Assembly: GCA_965646995.1 (NCBI GenBank)
Contig: CBFGBH010000007.1
Coordinates: 4,585 to 68,584, forward strand
Direction: 5' to 3'
Source: Candidatus Onthoplasma sp.
Lineage (GTDB): Bacteria; Bacillota; Clostridia; Christensenellales; UBA1242
DNA length: 64,000 nt
Both the position numbers and the translations under genes were made by a program. Of the stretch, positions 57,962-64,000 are shown one piece after another. The first letter of the stretch is position 1; each line of letters opens with the position of its first letter. The notes beneath the pieces were generated by a model. The model did not search any database, was not told the origin of the DNA, and worked only from the letters and a program-made list of their open reading frames with translations.

Positions 57962-58783
57962 ATGAAAGAATTTATTGCATTAAATTGGTGGTGGATGGTT
58001 ATAATCATAGCAGTCATCATCGTAGGTCTGATAGTTGCTCTTATCGTGTTGGATAGGCGTGACCGCAAGATTATGAAGGATTTTCAAGACAAAGTTTTGA
58101 GTGTTGAGACAGAGAGTTCGGAGGGAGTTGCCCCAGTAGCTAATACTGCTGAGACTAATGATTCTACTAGTACTCCAGTGTTAGAAGAGAAGGCTGCTGA
58201 GTCTAAAATAGTTGAGAGTGCTACAGTTAATCCGGATGAGAAAAAGCCTGTAGCCAAGACAACTAAGAAATCAAGCACTACTAAATCTGTATCGGAAAAG
58301 AAATCAGTAACAAAACCGGTTGCTAAATCAACGACAAAGAAAACAACTGCACCTAAGGCAAGTGAAAAGAAAGTGAGTGAACCTAAGGTTGAGACCGAAA
58401 TCAAAGATGAAATGGTAAATAATTTAGAAAAAAAGGAAGAAAAAGAAATGAAGACCACAACTAAAAAGCCAGCAACAAAATCTGTAGTTAAGCCGGCAGC
58501 CAAGACCACTACTACTAAAGCACCAGCTAAAACAGCCACTAAAGCACCAGCTAAGCCAGTTGCAAAGACTACAGCTAAAGCACCAGCTAAAACTGCAGCA
58601 AAAGCTCCAGCAACAAAAGTTGCAACTAAGCCAGTTGCAAAGACTGCACCAGCTAAGACTGCTACTAAAGCGCCAGCTAAGGCTCCAGCTAAAAAGGCAG
58701 CGCCAACTAAGACTGCTACTACTAAGGCACCAGCTAAGACTGCTACTACTAAAACACCAGCCAAGAAAACTACAAAGAAGTAG
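57962..58783 (+). CDS. N-terminally anchored protein with a ~190-aa Lys/Ala/Pro/Thr-rich (histone-H1-like) tail
   Basis: The TM NWWWMVIIIAVIIVGLIVALIVL is followed by DRRDRK. The tail consists of AKAPAKT/KPVAKT-type repeats. Confidence 0.75.
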   Translation: MKEFIALNWWWMVIIIAVIIVGLIVALIVLDRRDRKIMKDFQDKVLSVETESSEGVAPVANTAETNDSTSTPVLEEKAAESKIVESATVNPDEKKPVAKTTKKSSTTKSVSEKKSVTKPVAKSTTKKTTAPKASEKKVSEPKVETEIKDEMVNNLEKKEEKEMKTTTKKPATKSVVKPAAKTTTTKAPAKTATKAPAKPVAKTTAKAPAKTAAKAPATKVATKPVAKTAPAKTATKAPAKAPAKKAAPTKTATTKAPAKTATTKTPAKKTTKK

Positions 58784-58786
58784 TTT

Positions 58787-58811
58787 AAGTCCGAATTCGG
58801 ACTTTTTTTTT
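58787..58811 (+). terminator. Intrinsic terminator
   Basis: Palindrome AAGTCCGAATTCGGACTT followed by a T run. Confidence 0.75.
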
Positions 58812-58877
58812 ATTTTACTAGACTTTATTATTTTTATTTGCTAGTATATAAATATATAAGTGATATAGAGGTAAGTT

Positions 58878-59066
58878 ATGTATTTTGTAGTATCATGGTG
58901 GTATTTGGCAATTGCTTTGTTATTTGTAGGCATAGTCGCTATGACTATAGTTTATTTTATGATGGATAAAAAGGACAAATTGATTATTAAAGAATTTGTA
59001 GATTCGTCTAGCTCTTCTATTAAGACGAAACCAGAAGATAAAAAAGTTGAGAAACTATCAGAATAA
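58878..59066 (+). CDS. 62-aa paralogue of the N-terminal anchor of 57962-58783
   Basis: SWWYLAIALLFVGIVAMTIVYFMMDKKDKLIIKEFVD compared with NWWWMVIIIAVIIVGLIVALIVLDRRDRKIMKDFQD. Has its own terminator. Confidence 0.6.
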   Translation: MYFVVSWWYLAIALLFVGIVAMTIVYFMMDKKDKLIIKEFVDSSSSSIKTKPEDKKVEKLSE

Positions 59067-59141
59067 TGAATTTGAGTTTAGGTTGGCCTAAACTTTTTTA
59101 AAACATTTGTGTTTTTCAAAAAACTGATTTATTATCATTAT

Positions 59142-59678
59142 ATGAGAATTATTTCAGGTAAATATAGAGGTAAAAAACTAAAAGAATTCGATATTACTAG
59201 CACTAAACCTACTTTAGATAGGGTAAAAGAATCAATGTTCAATCTTATTCAGTTTGATATTGTGGATTCGGTAGTGTGCGATTTGTTTTCTGGGACTGGT
59301 GCTTTGGGTATCGAGTGTATCTCTCGTGGTGCCAGATTTACATACTTAGTGGACACTAACCCAAAAGCAATTAACCTAATTAAAGAAAATTTAAAAAGTA
59401 TTGATGGTCAATATCAAGTCGTTAATGACGATTTCAAGTCCTTTTTAAATAAAACGAATATTAAATTTGATATAATACTATTAGACCCTCCGTTCGCATC
59501 GGACTATGGTATACGGGCTATAAAATATATTTTAAATAATGATAGATTGAATCCTAATGGTATTATACTGTTTGAGACAAGTGTGGATAATAACATAGTT
59601 TTAGAGTTTAATGGTATTGATGTTATGAGAAAAAAATATGGCACAGTAGCTGTGTATAAGATACAAAGGATAGATTAA
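59142..59678 (+). CDS. rsmD: 16S rRNA (guanine966-N2)-methyltransferase
   Basis: MRIISGKYRGKKL, PT.DRVKESMFN, DLFSGTGALGIE and LDPPF. Confidence 0.85.
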   Translation: MRIISGKYRGKKLKEFDITSTKPTLDRVKESMFNLIQFDIVDSVVCDLFSGTGALGIECISRGARFTYLVDTNPKAINLIKENLKSIDGQYQVVNDDFKSFLNKTNIKFDIILLDPPFASDYGIRAIKYILNNDRLNPNGIILFETSVDNNIVLEFNGIDVMRKKYGTVAVYKIQRID

Positions 59679-60511
59679 TGAGAATAATAAAAGATTTAGA
59701 AAAAATTGTTATACACGATTCTACCGATTTTAATGTAGTTCAGACTCTTAATTGTGGACAGATATTTCGCTTTGTCATAGATGGTGAGATTGCTTATGTC
59801 TATTCCAAAGATAAGAGGGCTATACTTCATACATTTCCAGATAGAATAGAGATATATTCTTCTGATTTAGATTATTTTTATCATTTCTTTGATTTAGAAC
59901 GTGACTATGGCGAAATAAAATCTATCTTACGCCGGGACTCCTTTTTAGAGTCAGCAGTAGATTTTGGATACGGTATACGCATAATAAATAATGATGCTTA
60001 TGAAATGCTAGTTAGTTTCATCATTTCTGCTAATAATAATATAGGACGAATAAAGAAATCTATCGAATATCTATGCACTCATTTTGGTACTAATTGTGGC
60101 GAATACTTTGCCTTTCCTGCTTTAAAAGAGTTGAAGCGAGCACAGATAGAAGATTTTAGGCGAGCAGGTCTTGGATATCGAGCCGAACAGATGTTTGATA
60201 CTATTCAGCGCCTAAAAGAGCAAGATATTGAACACTTAAAGAGTTTACCAGTCGATGAGCAGTTTAGTTTTCTCGTATCATTGAAAGGTATAGGAGAGAA
60301 GGTGGCTAATTGCATTATGCTGTTTGGATTAGGTGTCAAGACTGTTTTTCCGGTAGATACGTGGATTAATAAAGTGTACAATAATTTAACCGAAACCAAT
60401 GAGACTGATAGAAAGAAGATAGCTCGAGTGTTCACTTCACGATATAAAGAACTCTCAGGCTACGCACAGCAATACTTCTTCTATTATTATAGAGATAATA
60501 AGCTTAGTTAG
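59678..60511 (+). CDS. ogg: 8-oxoguanine DNA glycosylase/AP lyase (HhH-GPD)
   Basis: LKGIGEKVANCIMLFGL and FPVDTWI motifs. The start overlaps the rsmD stop. Confidence 0.75.
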   Translation: MRIIKDLEKIVIHDSTDFNVVQTLNCGQIFRFVIDGEIAYVYSKDKRAILHTFPDRIEIYSSDLDYFYHFFDLERDYGEIKSILRRDSFLESAVDFGYGIRIINNDAYEMLVSFIISANNNIGRIKKSIEYLCTHFGTNCGEYFAFPALKELKRAQIEDFRRAGLGYRAEQMFDTIQRLKEQDIEHLKSLPVDEQFSFLVSLKGIGEKVANCIMLFGLGVKTVFPVDTWINKVYNNLTETNETDRKKIARVFTSRYKELSGYAQQYFFYYYRDNKLS

Positions 60512-60571
60512 TTTATTTGACTTTATTATAAATGATATATTATAATATATATGAAAATATTAGGAGAATAT

Positions 60572-60919
60572 ATGTTTTGTGGTAAATGTGGACATGAGAA
60601 TAGGAATGATAGGAAGTTTTGTATGAATTGCGGAGCTTCACTACGCGACTATACTCAACCTAGAGAGAACCTATTGATGCCAGACGATGTGAAAGAACAA
60701 CACGAGCAGGCACTCAAACATAATAGGTCAATAATAGCTCTTAATATTACTATGTGGGTGTTATTTGTTATTTCTATTGTTTTTGTAGTGGTATCATTCT
60801 TTATTGGTAAAGTTCCACAGTTAATATTAGCAATCGGCGCAGTTGTTGTGCTAATAACATTTCTTATTTTGGCAGTTATAAGGAATAGGAAAGTAAAAAA
60901 TAATAGTAAAAAGGAATAG
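60572..60919 (+). CDS. Zinc-ribbon membrane protein
   Basis: AGGAGA RBS. CGKCGH...CMNCG ribbon and two TM segments. Confidence 0.6.
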   Translation: MFCGKCGHENRNDRKFCMNCGASLRDYTQPRENLLMPDDVKEQHEQALKHNRSIIALNITMWVLFVISIVFVVVSFFIGKVPQLILAIGAVVVLITFLILAVIRNRKVKNNSKKE

Positions 60920-61026
60920 GTATCCACCTATTTTTTTGTTGTAATATTAGGTATAAACATCAAATTTCAAAAAGGGTATTGACGATTTGGGCTTTTGGTA
61001 GTATAATTCAGTCAAAGGAGTGAAAT

Positions 61027-61542
61027 ATGGAGTTCGCAGTTATATTCACGGAGATGGGTTGGATTCCTGCTGTATTATTGTGCGTAGGCTTAGTTTTCTT
61101 GATTGTTGAAGTATTGATGCCGGGTTTTGGTTTCTTTGGTATCACAGGAGGTTTGCTAGTCATAGCAGGTGTGATTGTACGAATTGTAGATGGGTTAAAT
61201 TTATTACAGTCTGTGTCATTAGTTTTAATGGTTATAGGATGTTTGTTAATATTAGTTATATTGATGGTAATAAGTGCGAAATCTGGCATTCTAGGTCATA
61301 GTGGAATATTTGAGACGAAATCAACCTTATCTAGCGATTATGCTAAAGTTGACAAGAACATGAAGAAATTAATAGGTAAATCAGGAAAGACATTGAGTGT
61401 GCTTAATCTGGGTGGCAAAGCTAAGATTGCAGGTAAGATATATGATGTTATGAGCATTAGTTCATACATCGAGTCGGGAGCTCATATTAAGGTGGTCGAG
61501 ATTAAGAATAACACCATTATGGTGCGTAAATGGTTTGAGTAA
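61027..61542 (+). CDS. nfeD: NfeD-family membrane protein
   Basis: An N-terminal TM bundle plus a C-terminal OB-like GKSGKTLSVLNLGGKAKIAGKIYDVMS...VVEIKNNTIMV. Confidence 0.8.
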   Translation: MEFAVIFTEMGWIPAVLLCVGLVFLIVEVLMPGFGFFGITGGLLVIAGVIVRIVDGLNLLQSVSLVLMVIGCLLILVILMVISAKSGILGHSGIFETKSTLSSDYAKVDKNMKKLIGKSGKTLSVLNLGGKAKIAGKIYDVMSISSYIESGAHIKVVEIKNNTIMVRKWFE

Positions 61543-61552
61543 GGAGTGAAAT

Positions 61553-62599
61553 ATGTATAATTTATTAGCCAGTATGCCTACATGGGCAATATTAGTGATC
61601 GTACTAGCAGTGGTTTTAGCTATAATTATAGCAATTTTAGTCCTAGTGCCAGTGAATGTATGGTTTAGAGCATTGGCGTCAGGCGCGCATGTATCAATGT
61701 TCAGACTTATAGGTATGAAACTTAGGAAAGTCGACTACAAGAAATTAGTTAATATATTCATCGTTTCACAGAAAGCAGGACTTAAGATTCCTATAGTCGA
61801 TTTAGAGACGCACTTAATGGCAGGCGGTAATATTGAGAATGTAGTCAATGCTCTTATCGCAGCGCATAGTGCCAAACTAGATTTAGATTTAGGACTTGCT
61901 AAGGCGATTGACTTAGCGGGTCGTGATGTAGTGGAGGCTGTCAAGACTAGCGTAACACCTAAGATTATTCGTACTCCATGGATAGAGGCAGTAGCAAAGA
62001 ACGGTGTGCAGGTTAAAGCATTCGCTCAGATTACAGTGCGTGCGAAATTAGATAGACAGATAGGTACAGCAGATTCTGACACTATTATAGCGCGTGTATC
62101 TGAAGGAATAGTAGCAGCAGTCGGTAAGGCCAATAGCCATATGGATATATTAGAAGAGCCAGCCATCATTTCTAGAACGGTACTAGGTGAAAAACTAGAT
62201 AGACAAACCTCGTTTGAGATTTTATCAATAGATATAGCAGATGTTGACATTGGCGAAAATATCGGTGCTAAATTGAAGATAGAAGAGGCAGAGGCAAAGA
62301 AGCGTATCTCTCAGGCAGCAGCAGAGGAGAGAAAAGCTCAGGCAGTAGCATTAGAGCAGGAGATGAAGGCTAAGACTCAAGAGATGAAGGCTATCGTGCT
62401 AGCAGCCGAGAGTGAAGTGCATAAGGCTATGGCTACAGCTATGAAGAGTGGTAAATTCGGAGTGATGGATTACTATAAGCTTCAGAATATGGTGGCGGAC
62501 ACCAATATGCGTAATTCTATCAGTACAGTGAAAGAAAAGACCGATACCCAACCTCAAGGTAGACAGGGTATGGGTAGACCGGGAGATAGATTAAATTAA
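61553..62599 (+). CDS. floA: Flotillin-like protein FloA (YqfA family)
   Basis: VPVNVWFRALASGAHVSMFRLIGMKLRKV and GGNIENVVNALIAA. Follows nfeD as in yqeZ-yqfA. Confidence 0.85.
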   Translation: MYNLLASMPTWAILVIVLAVVLAIIIAILVLVPVNVWFRALASGAHVSMFRLIGMKLRKVDYKKLVNIFIVSQKAGLKIPIVDLETHLMAGGNIENVVNALIAAHSAKLDLDLGLAKAIDLAGRDVVEAVKTSVTPKIIRTPWIEAVAKNGVQVKAFAQITVRAKLDRQIGTADSDTIIARVSEGIVAAVGKANSHMDILEEPAIISRTVLGEKLDRQTSFEILSIDIADVDIGENIGAKLKIEEAEAKKRISQAAAEERKAQAVALEQEMKAKTQEMKAIVLAAESEVHKAMATAMKSGKFGVMDYYKLQNMVADTNMRNSISTVKEKTDTQPQGRQGMGRPGDRLN

Positions 62600-62607
62600 G
62601 GTAAATT

Positions 62608-63060
62608 ATGACTGATGTAGAGATTTTTATCGTAGTGTGCGTTTGCTTGATACCAATCATTGCATTGGTTGTACTTTTGCCGAAGATTAAATTTAAGAAG
62701 CAAGAAAAAGTAAAAAAAATTAAATCAGCAGACCCGGCACCTACCGAGAAATATGTACCTACTGCTCCGATTGTGGAAAGTGCAAAGATAGAAGAAAAAA
62801 CGATTAAACCAATGCAAGTTAAATATACATCTAATGATTTTAAGGATTATTTGTTAGATAAACAATCTAGAATAGGTCATCCAAAATTCAACGAACTACC
62901 CGAGAATTATCTAGATAGGACTAGAAGATATGATCCAAATTACGATTTTATGCCAAAAACACAAGAAGCAAAAAGCGTAGCGGAAGAGATTCAGACTCTC
63001 AGCCCAGAGCTACGAGCAATGATACTGGCTGGCGTGTTAGACAAACGAGATTTTGATTAA
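62608..63060 (+). CDS. N-terminally anchored hypothetical protein (third gene of the nfeD-floA operon)
   Basis: 150 aa with one TM segment. Its position matches yqfB of B. subtilis, but this rests on position only. Confidence 0.5.
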   Translation: MTDVEIFIVVCVCLIPIIALVVLLPKIKFKKQEKVKKIKSADPAPTEKYVPTAPIVESAKIEEKTIKPMQVKYTSNDFKDYLLDKQSRIGHPKFNELPENYLDRTRRYDPNYDFMPKTQEAKSVAEEIQTLSPELRAMILAGVLDKRDFD

Positions 63061-63072
63061 CTAAATAAAAGG

Positions 63073-63096
63073 TGGAGTTATTGAACTCCATTTTTT
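63073..63096 (+). terminator. Intrinsic terminator
   Basis: TGGAGTT-loop-AACTCCA followed by TTTTTT. Confidence 0.7.
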
Positions 63097-63147
63097 GTTG
63101 AGATTAAAAAAAATCTTAAAATTTCTAAAAAAATTTTTAAAAAACAC

Positions 63148-63176
63148 TTGTCAAAATCATTTTAGTGTGCTATTAT
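63148..63176 (+). promoter_or_regulatory. rRNA promoter P1
   Basis: TTGTCA, 17 nt, TATTAT, with an upstream A/T-tract UP-like element AAATTTTTAAAAAA. Confidence 0.6.
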
Positions 63177-63278
63177 ATCTAGCGTCCGACCAAAAGTGGA
63201 CTTGAGATACTAAAATTTACATACTTTGTCGACTAATAAAAAATTTCAAAATATTTTTAAAAATTTTTGAAAAAACTG

Positions 63279-63307
63279 TTGACAAAAGTTTTAAACTGTG
63301 GTATCTT
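63279..63307 (+). promoter_or_regulatory. rRNA promoter P2
   Basis: TTGACA, 17 nt, TATCTT, with an upstream AAAAATTTTTGAAAAAA element. Confidence 0.6.
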
Positions 63308-63517
63308 AATATTACATTCAGCGTACATGAGACTTTTTCAAGTGCGTAGAATGTCTATATAATAGTGGTTTTCTCCATTTCCTTATATAGTATGAGAACA
63401 ATGACAACTGCATATTTTGAAGAAATACAAATACGAGAAGTAATTGCATTTGCAATTTATTTCAATTTCAGATTTGTAATTTTGCCAAAGAACATTAATC
63501 AAAGGAACAAAAAGAAC

Positions 63518-64000
63518 GATCAAGCTACAAAGAGCATATAGAGGATGCCTTGGCACTAAACGCCGATGAAGGACGTAACTAACTGCGAAAAGCTACGGGG
63601 AGCTGTAAATGAGCTATAATCCGTAGATGTCCGAATGTGGAAACACACTATGGTGGAGCCATAGTATCATAACATGAATTCATAATGTTATGAGGGGAAC
63701 TCAGGGAACTGAAACATCTAAGTACCTGAAGGAAAAGAAAGTAAATTAACGATTACCTAAGTAGTGGCGAGCGAACGGGTAACAGCCCAAACCATGGGTA
63801 GCAATATCTATGGGGTTTAGGACTCAGTGAGTAGTTGAAGTACTTGTAGTCGAACAACTTGGAAAGGTTGACAAAATAGAGTAACAGTCTCGTAGACGAA
63901 ACAAGTATCAGATGAATGAGTATCCAGAGTAACGTGGGACACGTGGAATCCTGCGTGAAGATAGGAGGACCATCTCCAAAGGCTAAATACGATTTAGTGA
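63518..64000 (+). rRNA. rrl: 23S rRNA, 5' part (continues beyond the window)
   Basis: GGATGCCTTGGCAC, CCGATGAAGGACG, GGGAACTGAAACATCTAAGTA and GTAGTGGCGAGCGAACGGG match the conserved 23S domain I. The 5' end is approximate. Confidence 0.95.

Noticed and set aside
58084-58844. Long antisense ORF (58084-58764, 226 aa, Ala/Leu/Val/Gly-rich) and an alternative-frame ORF (58560-58844, Gln/Leu/Arg-rich) over the Lys/Ala/Pro repeat region.
   Set aside because: Both are by-products of the GCN/AAR-biased repeat. Stop codons are rare in every frame there. Neither has an RBS, and only the sense frame continues from a TM anchor with its own promoter and terminator.
63100-63310. The repeated ~130-bp-spaced A/T-rich units, and similar segments at 4380-4490 and 45540-45630, considered as a CRISPR-like or other interspersed repeat.
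   Set aside because: The shared parts are promoter architecture (an UP-like A/T tract plus -35 and -10 boxes). They are not direct repeats with unique spacers, and no cas genes are present.

Overview
64-kb chromosomal window from a low-G+C genome (about one-third G+C by eye). Gene content points to an anaerobic, endospore-forming Firmicute: spoIVA, spmA/spmB, a Spo0A-type DNA-binding domain, pyruvate:ferredoxin oxidoreductase and rubrerythrin. About 70 protein genes lie on both strands. Recognisable housekeeping genes are rplM-rpsI, truA, nifJ/PFOR, tex, glyQS behind a T-box, gap, rarA, rbr, eno-cmk, recX, acpS, ileS, ung, glmM, lgt, spoIVA, rsmD, ogg and nfeD-floA. There is also one tRNA-Ser(UGA) and the 5' ~480 nt of a 23S rRNA gene driven by two tandem promoters with no 16S gene upstream. 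I found no CRISPR array, transposase, integrase or phage structural gene. The observations most worth follow-up are: (1) a translationally coupled operon of a processive GT2 synthase, a CofD/YvcK-family transferase fused to a HAD phosphatase, and a nucleotidyltransferase; (2) a Rho homologue that keeps the RNA-binding N-domain but has lost the ATPase motifs, next to a 1398-aa protein with a central two-TM hairpin and a ~700-aa coiled coil, one of three hairpin-anchored proteins in the window; (3) three G/C homopolymers of 9-10 nt in AT-rich DNA, one frameshifting a secreted phosphodiesterase and two sitting in the spacers of otherwise consensus promoters, which suggests phase variation; (4) smaller items: MazF with a non-canonical acidic partner, a leaderless Cys-rich micro-ORF plus terminator ahead of a permease, an orphan Spo0A DNA-binding domain, a triple XRE array, membrane-anchored histone-H1-like tails, an in-frame TAG with a 40-codon open extension, and GC-rich structured intergenic islands. 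All functional calls rest on motif recognition by eye; no database search was run.
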